A stretch of DNA of 64,000 nucleotides from a plasmid: the sequence record NZ_CP118102.1; one strand, written 5' to 3'. A model generated the notes under the pieces. That model had not been told where the DNA came from. It ran no database searches and worked only from the letters and a program-made list of their open reading frames with translations. The stretch's first letter is position 1. Each line of letters begins with the position of its first letter. The translations under genes and the position numbers were made by a program. Shown here piece by piece: positions 1 through 8,919 of the stretch.

Positions 1-102
1 GATCAAAGCTGATACTTCACCCCTTTTAATTGTATGTATGTTAGTTAATATACTAATATACATATATACTAGTATCAATTATTTTCTTCTGAAAAGTACT
101 AT

Positions 103-768
103 TTAATTCTTAGGATTTATGGAAAGTTGACTCCAGGGAATTTTTACTGTAGAAACAGATTGATTATACTCGGTTTCCTGTTCTACTAGTTCGATGAGAG
201 ATCGGAGGATGGCAGCATCAAAAAGAAAAGATTCTTCCTCCATTATTTTAATTGCACTAACAGCACTTAATGGAGATTGGTATGGCCTGCCTCCAATGAT
301 CGTGGAAAATGTATCGCTTATAGCAGCTATCCGTCCACTTAAGGGGATCTGTTTACCCTTTAATCCTTTTAAGTATCCACTTCCATCAAAGCGTTCATGG
401 TGGTACTCAACTATATTATTAATCACTGATGGGAGTTCAAAGCTTTCTATTAGCTTAATTCCCTTTTGTACGTGTTCAGATAAACATGCCTTATCCTTGG
501 TCGAAAGGACTCCGTTTCCTTTTAAAATATCGTCCCCCATGGCGATCTTCCCTAAATCATGAATTAAAGAACCGGCATAGTATAGCATTGATTGTTTAGG
601 GTCATGGATCTGAGCGAGTTTATATGAATAATGAGCCATCAAGACAGAATGGTTAGCGGTTTGTTCATCTCTCAATTTTATACAGTAGAAAAGTGCATCA
701 ATGATCATCAAGTAGCTCTTTAAAGCCTGTTCATTCATCTTAGGCGATGGGTTCACTACGTTAACCAT
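103..768 (-). CDS. HD-GYP-like HD-domain phosphodiesterase (c-di-GMP turnover candidate)
   Basis: 221 aa. HD motif 'LIHDLGKIAM' and 'EYHHERFDGSGYLKGL', which resembles the HD-GYP signature (here GYL rather than GYP). Directly follows a GGDEF gene in the same orientation. Confidence 0.55.
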   Translation of the reverse strand: MVNVVNPSPKMNEQALKSYLMIIDALFYCIKLRDEQTANHSVLMAHYSYKLAQIHDPKQSMLYYAGSLIHDLGKIAMGDDILKGNGVLSTKDKACLSEHVQKGIKLIESFELPSVINNIVEYHHERFDGSGYLKGLKGKQIPLSGRIAAISDTFSTIIGGRPYQSPLSAVSAIKIMEEESFLFDAAILRSLIELVEQETEYNQSVSTVKIPWSQLSINPKN

Positions 769-1883
769 TAACTTACACCTACTTTTGGATTAATTTCACT
801 GACATCTCTTGATGCCAAGGCTTCATGATCTCCGTATTCGACTACTCTGTTTTTCCCTGTCTTTTTTGCAACATACATAGCGTCATCAGCTCGTTTGATT
901 AATTCGTCTGCAGATAGACCTTCAACAAATGTACTAAACCCTATACTTACAGTGATTGAGTAGATCCCCTCTTTCGTATCAAACGATGCCTCATTTTCCA
1001 CCCTAGAACGGATGGTTTCTGTTAGCTCGGAAATATTCAGATTCGACTCTATAATTAAAGCGACGAATTCTTCTCCCCCGTATCTTCCTCCAACACCTAC
1101 TCCTTCTAATTCCTCAATAAGGATTGATGAAACTTTCTTTAAAACAACATCACCTTTTTTATGTCCGAACGTATCATTTAACAGTTTGAAATTATCAATA
1201 TCTAGAAAAATTAAATGTGCATCAACTTTTTTGTCTACGCTTCTAGTGACAAATGTCGTGAACTGTTTACGATTGTATAGTCCGGTTAAGGGATCCTGTA
1301 TAGATGATTCATATGTATCACGAATTAATTGAATCAAGTAATCGACGATATACGAAATGATTACTGTGTAAGAAGAAATATATAGAAGAATGATAATTAT
1401 CTCTAAAGGTGGACTATTTCCTATAAACAAACCAAGGATTACGACTATCTTAGAGAGTATAAATAAGATAATTGAAGACTTTGCTTTGTTATGCATAGCT
1501 GCAGCTAGGTAATACCATGCAGCTGTCGCTAACACAATTGATAACATAGGCTGAATCGCAGGAAACGGAATCAGTAGACCAGTTAGTCCAATTGACCCAC
1601 ATCCTAGATAAACCACCGACCGCTCCCATCGCAGTACCGTGTTAGATAACTGGTAAAAGCTAAACAAGGTACAAATGAATAGTACGTCACCTAAGATTTG
1701 TGCTCTCAATGTCTGGTCATCAAATGCACCAAAAAGGGATAAAATATGATACACACTAGTTACAACTACAATAATGGTCAATTGAATATTGGTACTTGAG
1801 TTCTTACGTTTAGGCATTCTTCTAGTTAGATTCCACATTATATACAAAAGCGGAAGCATTATAACTGATTGTGAGAGTGACAC
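768..1883 (-). CDS. membrane-anchored GGDEF diguanylate cyclase
   Basis: 371 aa. The N-terminal ~200 aa has multiple hydrophobic helices. The C-terminal domain carries 'RYGGEEF', the GG[DE]EF active-site motif, and 'DIDNFKLLNDTFGHKKGD'. Confidence 0.7.
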   Translation of the reverse strand: MSLSQSVIMLPLLYIMWNLTRRMPKRKNSSTNIQLTIIVVVTSVYHILSLFGAFDDQTLRAQILGDVLFICTLFSFYQLSNTVLRWERSVVYLGCGSIGLTGLLIPFPAIQPMLSIVLATAAWYYLAAAMHNKAKSSIILFILSKIVVILGLFIGNSPPLEIIIILLYISSYTVIISYIVDYLIQLIRDTYESSIQDPLTGLYNRKQFTTFVTRSVDKKVDAHLIFLDIDNFKLLNDTFGHKKGDVVLKKVSSILIEELEGVGVGGRYGGEEFVALIIESNLNISELTETIRSRVENEASFDTKEGIYSITVSIGFSTFVEGLSADELIKRADDAMYVAKKTGKNRVVEYGDHEALASRDVSEINPKVGVS

Positions 1884-1953
1884 TTAATCCCTCCTAAATG
1901 AAAGAGTTTTAGGGAAGGGGGCTACCCTTCCCTGTATAACCATTTTTGAAATG

Positions 1954-4900
1954 TTAGAATGGAACCTGCGGACTAAAGTCATCTCGACTTGATAAATCGG
2001 CATGATAGAATACAACGTCTCCATCCTGTAAAGTAAATCTGTTACCAAAGGAGTCAAACTTAATTCGCTGAGATCCTTCTAATTGCCATTGATTCATTAA
2101 CGGCGCATTGATGTATTGCAAATGTGGTTTGTTTAGATCACCGTTACGAATGGTTTCGATATCAAAGTTCACGATGATATAGCCATTCTTAAAGAAAATT
2201 GGAGAATTATCATCGAGCCCTCCGTGTGTACGTCCATACTCAGCAATATCTGTCCCAACTTCTACCACATAAGGCTCTGCAGGTAAACTGTATTCCCCAT
2301 ACCAATTCTGAACAGCTGCATTCGCACGTTGGACATTCACAGAAGCTGGCAAGTTTGTTTTAGGACCTATAAAGGTACGTAGTTGCTCTGGAAGCAGCAG
2401 GAGATTATAGCCACCAACTGGAGTTTTTTGCTTGGTATCTTTACTTATAAACTGTTCCGTGTACTCCTGCTTCGTCATCGATCCGAGTTGCCCCGTTGTA
2501 TAGTAATTATCGAACTTAAAACTGGCCGTATCGATCATTTCTTCTGTAGGCACATTCCGAAGTCGATCATTCATAATGACATAGCGCTGTACCTTATCTT
2601 CTTCTGATCCAATCTTCACAAAATTACTCTCATTGGTTTTGTAATAAAGATCTACTGGAAAGCGATACTGACCATCTTTTGATACAAAGTGGAACGTCGG
2701 AGTAATTCGTATTCCATCTTCTTTGCCGAACATATTTCCTTTAGTTTTAAAGTCGAATTTGAAGTGATAACCGGTTTTCACAGCTACATTTTTATAACCC
2801 TCTGCAGGATGACTACCAGGAAGAATTGGCAAAGTATATTGCTCGGAGTTTCCACGAGGAGCACCATCTATGCCGTTCATTCCAACCCAATATGATAAAC
2901 CTGTAGGTAGTGTACTACCTATTTGCGTACGGAAAACGGACTCCCAATTGTAATCAGCTATATCAGTTACTTGAAAATCGTACAGCCGGCCAATCACTTC
3001 GATGGAAACTTCATCGACAGCTACGTGGTTCACTAAGTCAAGATTTGCATCATACTGATATGGTAACTCTGGAGGAGCGTTCTCAGCTATGTTCCTGAAA
3101 TACACCTGATAATCACCTTCATCAACCCATACTGGAAGGAAGAACTCTGTATCAAGCTGATTTACAGGAATATCAATCCAGGTATTCTTTGGATAAAATT
3201 GTGTTCGGCTACTGTTATAAACATCGAATGGAAACTGGACTTGTTTGGTTCTGAAATACTTTGCGTAATCACGATTACCGTAACCTGGATAATTCGTATG
3301 TTGTCCATTCGTCGGTATCCGAACTGTAAATGGTCGATCCAATATGAATGCAGCACGATTATAGTTCGGGTTCGTCTTCTGATTATGTTCGCGGTCATCC
3401 GTTACCGAGGAGTAGTTCACAACGGGCGTATGAACGGTTACGGTATTTATCCCGTATATCGGGAAATTCTTATTACTACCACCGTTAATATTACCTTCCA
3501 TGAGACCATAGTAAATTGTCCCAGAACTTGTTGTATTTGCTCGGTTAGTCTTACTACTACTGATAATGTTCCCAGGCTTATACAACACGTTTTCATTAAT
3601 TTGAGGCGGCTCAGGAATTGTACTCGGCGTTGGTCCGCTTTCATCAACACGGCTGCCACTCATGATAGTAGCTCCGTTAAATACAAGCGAGTCATTCGTC
3701 ACTTCTACCTTCTTAACACCTTCTTCAGCAACGCTCTGCAAGTTTTCACTTGGTGGTGATGGTGGACTCGAATAAGAGCTTCCACCGAAAGATCCTGGCG
3801 GTGCAATAATTGGATTTGGCGGTGATGGCGGATAGAAGGCGCCCGTTTGATCCACTGTAAATTCTGGTGGCTTATACCCCTGTGGGGTGATGCTTATCTG
3901 ATCACCTGGTAATGCGTAATTTTTGAGCTGCCCTTCATCAATTTTGTATACTTCTAAGTTATCAATCACCCAATATGAATAAGGCCGTTCAACTGTATAC
4001 TGTTGCACTACCGTTTCAGGAGTCTGTTGAGGATCCGGAATTGTTGTTGGTTCTCCATTCGGTCCAGGTGGACCTGGTTGACCAGGATCCCAGTGCAATG
4101 TCCAAGTCTTTTCTACATTAACTGTAAAAGTACATACCCCAGACATCTGGACGAAAGAATGTTGAGCAAGGTAGTTTCGAGCCAGGATATTTCCATATAA
4201 GCTCTCTGATGTTGGAATACCTTGTAACACGTCAAATTGTTCACTGCCTCGTTGATCAGCCAAGATTTTAGCTGTTACGACTGGATCCATGTATCGTCCA
4301 TCAATAGTAGTTCCAGGAGTTGGTGCTGTACAACTAGCTTCAGGAATTTCCGGATCAGGCGGCGGTGGATTCCCCTCTTTCTTATAGTAAAAGTTCACAT
4401 AGTAAATAGGGAAGGTAGCATCATACTTAAAGCCACTCGGATCTCCGGGCGTAATTTCTCCACCGCTTGGAGGTGCAACCGTACTTTTTTTATGGCCAAC
4501 GTATGTATATTCCTCGGTGCCTGGTGTGTGGGTGAATCTATAGTCTACGTTTTTCTCAAGCTTCTCTTCCCGATCCTGAAATCCATCTATGTTATTTAGT
4601 CTTTGCCCCGTCGTCGTCCAGTGTTGGACGATGGCTTTTCCTTCTTCTGGTTCAAGTTCAATCGTGAACAGTGTAGGAAAGAAATAACGCCAACCTTCTA
4701 CATTCTCTCCGAAAACTTGGCCGTTTTCAGTTTCTTCTTCAAGCCTCCTATCGACCTGCTTTACAGCTTCCAAAGTCCCATTCAACACGAAAACTTCCTT
4801 CTGCCCGACATTTGTTCCTTTGCCTACAACAGGCGTGTTTCTATAATTATTGTAATTCCTTGTTGAAGTGGCATCTTGATAGTATTGTTTGCGATTTACA

Positions 4901-5277
4901 GCCAATTCTCCCGTTCTCGAAGTTTCAAATGTCTCATCTGCAAGCTCCCAGTTAAAATCAAAAGGTTTAATTCTAATGTCTTTAATCTTACGGCTCGAAC
5001 CAAACGTAAATTCATATGTTCCACCATCTACAACTGCGACTGTATCTCCTGGTTTATGGCCGCCGCCAGTCCATTGCCCCGAATTGTTTTTCCAAACCTC
5101 GTAATATACCATCCCTACGAAGTAGTATAGATTCGGATTGTCCTCGTCCTGAAGAAGGCGATTTGAGCTAATTGGAAAAACTGCTGCCTCGGCCTTCCCT
5201 GGATGAAGTGTAAACACGACGAGAATAGAAGATAGAATAAGTACCGCACTGAGTAAGGAGCTCATCATCTTTTTCAT
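1954..5277 (-). CDS. large secreted surface/adhesin-like protein with short collagen-like G-X-Y tract
   Basis: 1107 aa. N-terminal signal peptide 'MKKMMSSLLSAVLILSSILVVFTLHPGKAEA'. Collagen-like triplets 'GQPGPPGPNGEP' and Pro-rich linkers 'PPSPPNPIIAPPGSFGG'. It is the last gene of the Tad-like operon. Confidence 0.45.
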   Translation of the reverse strand: MKKMMSSLLSAVLILSSILVVFTLHPGKAEAAVFPISSNRLLQDEDNPNLYYFVGMVYYEVWKNNSGQWTGGGHKPGDTVAVVDGGTYEFTFGSSRKIKDIRIKPFDFNWELADETFETSRTGELAVNRKQYYQDATSTRNYNNYRNTPVVGKGTNVGQKEVFVLNGTLEAVKQVDRRLEEETENGQVFGENVEGWRYFFPTLFTIELEPEEGKAIVQHWTTTGQRLNNIDGFQDREEKLEKNVDYRFTHTPGTEEYTYVGHKKSTVAPPSGGEITPGDPSGFKYDATFPIYYVNFYYKKEGNPPPPDPEIPEASCTAPTPGTTIDGRYMDPVVTAKILADQRGSEQFDVLQGIPTSESLYGNILARNYLAQHSFVQMSGVCTFTVNVEKTWTLHWDPGQPGPPGPNGEPTTIPDPQQTPETVVQQYTVERPYSYWVIDNLEVYKIDEGQLKNYALPGDQISITPQGYKPPEFTVDQTGAFYPPSPPNPIIAPPGSFGGSSYSSPPSPPSENLQSVAEEGVKKVEVTNDSLVFNGATIMSGSRVDESGPTPSTIPEPPQINENVLYKPGNIISSSKTNRANTTSSGTIYYGLMEGNINGGSNKNFPIYGINTVTVHTPVVNYSSVTDDREHNQKTNPNYNRAAFILDRPFTVRIPTNGQHTNYPGYGNRDYAKYFRTKQVQFPFDVYNSSRTQFYPKNTWIDIPVNQLDTEFFLPVWVDEGDYQVYFRNIAENAPPELPYQYDANLDLVNHVAVDEVSIEVIGRLYDFQVTDIADYNWESVFRTQIGSTLPTGLSYWVGMNGIDGAPRGNSEQYTLPILPGSHPAEGYKNVAVKTGYHFKFDFKTKGNMFGKEDGIRITPTFHFVSKDGQYRFPVDLYYKTNESNFVKIGSEEDKVQRYVIMNDRLRNVPTEEMIDTASFKFDNYYTTGQLGSMTKQEYTEQFISKDTKQKTPVGGYNLLLLPEQLRTFIGPKTNLPASVNVQRANAAVQNWYGEYSLPAEPYVVEVGTDIAEYGRTHGGLDDNSPIFFKNGYIIVNFDIETIRNGDLNKPHLQYINAPLMNQWQLEGSQRIKFDSFGNRFTLQDGDVVFYHADLSSRDDFSPQVPF

Positions 5278-5294
5278 TCGGCTCGTTGTGCTCC

Positions 5295-6242
5295 TTACTT
5301 GAATGGATTAACAATGACAACTGCATAATTCTCTAAGTCGCCATCTTCCAGCAAAATATAATCCGCCTGATTAATTTTGAAGTTTCTCCAACCCTCATAG
5401 CTTTCAATGTATTTTCCAGTTTGGAACTTATCTGACCGACTTACCACAGGATAATGATTCATGGCCGTTTTATCACCGTTATTAATAAAAGCCGCATCTA
5501 AAACTTGACGACCTTTCGCATAATCGTTCTTAACAAGGAATGAAACTGGATTTCCTCTTTGACTGCTTCTAATCTGAACCAAATCATCTCCTGTTACTTG
5601 GTTCTTAACAATATTTAAACTGTAGACTACTTGACTATTTCCCAACTGAATTGGAAGGTCACTTTCCTTAATGATCTTTACTCCTGAATATGCTTTATCA
5701 TTCAAGTTTGTAAATGCACTCTTTGTTTTCGTATACGCCTTGAACTCGCTCAATTTCGTAAGCTTGAATTCCTTATCGTCTGTGCTTCGGAAATCTTTCT
5801 CCCCGATCCAGACCCAGCGGCTGATTTTGTCCCATTCTACTTTTTGACCGAGTCCTTCACTTACGAGACGAATCGGAACAAACGTCCGGTTCTGCTTCAG
5901 GATGATTTTTGTACCATAGTCCTTTTTCTTTCCGTTGACTAAAGCTGTCGTTCGGCCAACTGTCATCTTCACCGTGTGATCCTTACTTGTAATACCTACA
6001 GTTTGAACCTTTCCTGTTTTGGAATAGCTAACTTTAGCTCCGAGTGATTCCGAAACGAAACGGATCGGCACCATCACGCTGCCTTGAGCATCTTGAAATG
6101 GTTTTGCATCTGGAAAACTCATTTTGTTGGTGTTAAGAAGAACTTCTACTTGTTGAGAACTAGCTAAAGCGGACCCGGAAGTGAATCCTAACATTCCAAA
6201 CGCTAGCACACCCGTCATGATAGTTAAAACTGTCTTTTTCAT
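5295..6242 (-). CDS. secreted protein with tandem copper-amine-oxidase N-terminal-like domains
   Basis: 315 aa with a signal peptide. Two repeats, 'VMVPIRFVSESLGAKVSY' and 'TFVPIRLVSEGLGQKVEWD', are typical of the Cu amine oxidase N-terminal (stalk) domain found in Bacillales cell-surface proteins. Confidence 0.5.
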   Translation of the reverse strand: MKKTVLTIMTGVLAFGMLGFTSGSALASSQQVEVLLNTNKMSFPDAKPFQDAQGSVMVPIRFVSESLGAKVSYSKTGKVQTVGITSKDHTVKMTVGRTTALVNGKKKDYGTKIILKQNRTFVPIRLVSEGLGQKVEWDKISRWVWIGEKDFRSTDDKEFKLTKLSEFKAYTKTKSAFTNLNDKAYSGVKIIKESDLPIQLGNSQVVYSLNIVKNQVTGDDLVQIRSSQRGNPVSFLVKNDYAKGRQVLDAAFINNGDKTAMNHYPVVSRSDKFQTGKYIESYEGWRNFKINQADYILLEDGDLENYAVVIVNPFK

Positions 6243-6410
6243 ATCTTTTACTCCTTATCTAAATTATTTAATTTCTTGTCCTTAATGAGCCTATAAAGGG
6301 TATGAGGAAACAATTGTTAGCGATGAGCTATCAATGGAGACAAAGATATAATAAATTTCAAATGCTCACTTCCCTTCAAGAAATGTCTTCATTATTATTG
6401 TATTAAATAT

Positions 6411-6424
6411 TGTGTTATAACACA
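6411..6424. promoter_or_regulatory. perfect 14-bp palindrome in promoter region of the adhesin operon
   Basis: 'TGTGTTATAACACA' lies 170 bp upstream of the 6242 start codon on the minus strand, within an AT-rich intergenic region. Confidence 0.4.
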
Positions 6425-6446
6425 ACACAATACAGACTTTTTATTA

Positions 6447-7457
6447 TTATTTATTGTTTTGATTTGTACACACCTTCGGGAAATATCCTTTCATTGCAGC
6501 TTCTTTTTCACTCGAAAACGCTTGTTCTATTCGATATCGAAAGCTACAAGATTCTCTGTAGTAATATTTCAATCCGGTTGAAGGATCCACTGCTGCATAA
6601 ATTACCGGCGCTTTAACCAACCTCCCTCCTCCAAACGCATAATTGTTGTAAAATTGATCACCTATTGGAATCCCCTGGATAAAGGCCATAATTCCGATAT
6701 CATCCACGGTATTGACCCAATCCTCTTGGGATATTGTAGGAAGTGTAAAAGTGTAGCTGATACCACTACGGGTCATAACTTCATTGTGTTTATTGATGAA
6801 ATAAGCTAGGTCTTTTTGAACATTGCTGACAATCCAACTTTTTCTTGCTTCTTCAAACTGAACCGTACTGTTCAGGATCTGAATATCTGTTTTGTTTTGT
6901 AATTCCCATTGGTACCCCTCTATCCATTTTCGGTCAGAAGCGTCAAATGCATAAACGTAACTATCCAGAGTAAAATTCAAACTGTTGCCCTGTGAATCTG
7001 TGTAAGCATATGGTTTTTTAGGACGCCACATATGTTTCATTTCAGTTGTTCCATCAGCATTTTTGTACTCGCTAAGGGTATACAACCAGTACCCATCATA
7101 ATCTAGCACGACTACAGCTGGTATGTAGGAAGCAAGGGTACTTTGTCCAACTGGATCATTCTGTACTTCAAAATTCAAATATAGTGTTTTAAAAAAAGTA
7201 TCGATTGCCTGTTCTTTGTTTGCTTTAAAGTATTTTGAAGACTGATAACCAGCTTCGTATTCTTGCATTTCATTGATGTTTAGCATAAATCCAGCATCTT
7301 GCGCTGCTGTCTTAAGAGCTGCATCATATTTGTCTTCTAGCTGCGCTACGAGCATAAGGTCATTTGTACGCAGATCCAAAACATAGTAGAAAGGGAAAAA
7401 GAAAAGGACAAAGACGATGGCCAGGTTAGTAATCCTCATTGAGTACCATCCCTCCAT
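6447..7457 (-). CDS. N-terminally membrane-anchored hypothetical protein (Tad-associated, minor-pilin-like)
   Basis: 336 aa with a single N-terminal transmembrane helix 'ITNLAIVFVLFFFPFYYVL'. Lies in the operon between the pilin-like genes and the adhesins. Confidence 0.3.
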   Translation of the reverse strand: MEGWYSMRITNLAIVFVLFFFPFYYVLDLRTNDLMLVAQLEDKYDAALKTAAQDAGFMLNINEMQEYEAGYQSSKYFKANKEQAIDTFFKTLYLNFEVQNDPVGQSTLASYIPAVVVLDYDGYWLYTLSEYKNADGTTEMKHMWRPKKPYAYTDSQGNSLNFTLDSYVYAFDASDRKWIEGYQWELQNKTDIQILNSTVQFEEARKSWIVSNVQKDLAYFINKHNEVMTRSGISYTFTLPTISQEDWVNTVDDIGIMAFIQGIPIGDQFYNNYAFGGGRLVKAPVIYAAVDPSTGLKYYYRESCSFRYRIEQAFSSEKEAAMKGYFPKVCTNQNNK

Positions 7458-7980
7458 AATTCATATAGATCTTTGGCACATCCCCGCTGTTACCTACCAA
7501 TATAAAATCTTGCATTATAGTTGACATCGTTCGATTTTTATTTTTGACAGAAACGGTAATAAAATCATTTAGTGCGAGCTTATATTTTCTTGAATCGTTG
7601 TCTGCAGGAATATTAGTTTCTGGAAAAAGAACCTTCATGATTTCTTCGGTATAATGACCTTCATAATATGTATCAAAAGAGTTTTGGAATGTTGCTGGAT
7701 TTGCTGGGTCTGAATAGACAGGATTATACTTTTTGTGCATGTGCTCTAACGTTACGTCGTACACATTCCCTGTCTCCCCAAGTTTCTTATTAAACTGCAG
7801 ATACATCTCAGGTGAGATATATCCTTTCGTTCTTACTGCGTCTACAAATTCGGTAACTGTCTGATGGACTACAGTTTGAATCTGGTTATCATGACGTACC
7901 GTGGACTGATACAATGGATACAACATCATTAATATCAGAGCAATAAATCCAGCTACAAGTTTAGAAAATATGTCCATCAA
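7426..7980 (-). CDS. N-terminally anchored hypothetical protein (pseudopilin-like)
   Basis: 184 aa. N-terminal transmembrane helix 'LVAGFIALILMMLYPLY'. Overlaps the downstream gene, which is consistent with an operon. Confidence 0.3.
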   Translation of the reverse strand: MMDIFSKLVAGFIALILMMLYPLYQSTVRHDNQIQTVVHQTVTEFVDAVRTKGYISPEMYLQFNKKLGETGNVYDVTLEHMHKKYNPVYSDPANPATFQNSFDTYYEGHYTEEIMKVLFPETNIPADNDSRKYKLALNDFITVSVKNKNRTMSTIMQDFILVGNSGDVPKIYMNYGGMVLNEDY

Positions 7981-7988
7981 TTCATCCC

Positions 7989-8411
7989 CTAGTTAAAAAT
8001 GATCTTTGTTAATTCGCCTTTAGTATTTCTCTCATACACAACGCTATATGATTTATTGGGATCGATGTGAGAAACATCGGTATTATCAATAGTCAAATTT
8101 TTAGTAAAAAGTATGTCTTCAACTTCAATGTCTGCGTTGATTTCTTGAATTCGAAAGATACTGTAAATGACTTGTGCTCCAGAATATAATTCCTCGCCAA
8201 CCTCTTGAATTGTACTGAATACGCGATGATCTTCATTGGCTCGGACCTGAGGCAAATTGTTTGTACTTTGTTCTTGCGAAACTAGTCCCCAGAGTGCAAA
8301 AGATGCTGCAGATATAAAGATTAATATTGCAGTTGCTAAAGAAATGGAAGTTTCGGTATTCTCATTCATGAACAAGATCTCCCTTAATTTTATGGGAGGG
8401 ATTCCCTTCAA
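7989..8411 (-). CDS. N-terminally anchored hypothetical protein (pseudopilin-like)
   Basis: 140 aa with one transmembrane helix 'ISLATAILIFISAASFALWGLV'. Confidence 0.3.
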   Translation of the reverse strand: MKGIPPIKLREILFMNENTETSISLATAILIFISAASFALWGLVSQEQSTNNLPQVRANEDHRVFSTIQEVGEELYSGAQVIYSIFRIQEINADIEVEDILFTKNLTIDNTDVSHIDPNKSYSVVYERNTKGELTKIIFN

Positions 8412-8442
8412 GAGCCTAGGAATCCCATGTAATATCTTTTAA

Positions 8443-8901
8443 TCATCCTTGAGTAAAAATGATTCCGCGTACGACATTGTTCTTATCGTAAACAACTTTA
8501 GAGTAGAACTTTCCGGATGGGTTGATATAGTTGCTGCTTGTTTGATCTTGTGCAGTGGTAATACTAATATTTTTTGTATCTCCTACGATTTCACCAGCAG
8601 CATTAAATGCATTTCCGTAAGTCATACTTCCACCTTTACCTGTAACTACTGTTAATCCAAATTGATCTTGGTTCATATACTGACGCACAGCATTCAATAC
8701 TTGGCTACCAGTCATGGACGAATTATCGTAGTTGTTGTACTCCGATTGTGATAATGTTTGTTGAATTCCTGTCATTTTTTCTTGGCCAGTTTTCGCTCCT
8801 GCTTGGAAGACACCGAAAAGTAAAACTACCAATGTAATTAGTGCGATTGTCAGCATTATACCTCCGGATAATCGCAATCCGGTATTTGTTGATTCTTCCA
8901 T
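8443..8901 (-). CDS. pilin-like protein (Flp/TadE-class candidate)
   Basis: 152 aa. The N-terminus 'GLRLSGGIMLTIALITLVVLLFGV' looks like a class-III-type signal/transmembrane segment followed by a Q/S/T-rich region. Sits immediately downstream of the TadB/C-like gene. Confidence 0.35.
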   Translation of the reverse strand: MEESTNTGLRLSGGIMLTIALITLVVLLFGVFQAGAKTGQEKMTGIQQTLSQSEYNNYDNSSMTGSQVLNAVRQYMNQDQFGLTVVTGKGGSMTYGNAFNAAGEIVGDTKNISITTAQDQTSSNYINPSGKFYSKVVYDKNNVVRGIIFTQG

Positions 8902-8919
8902 TTTCTCTCTTCCCTTCGG

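Noticed and set aside
194-562. 122-aa plus-strand ORF
   Set aside because: It lies entirely antisense within the HD-domain gene, has an S/P/I-rich low-complexity translation and no RBS. It is a typical shadow ORF.
3700-4100. Collagen gene or fibrillar collagen-like protein
   Set aside because: Only a single short G-X-Y tract (about 4 triplets) sits within a 1107-aa protein. This is insufficient for a collagen triple-helix domain, so the gene is called an adhesin-like protein with a collagen-like tract.
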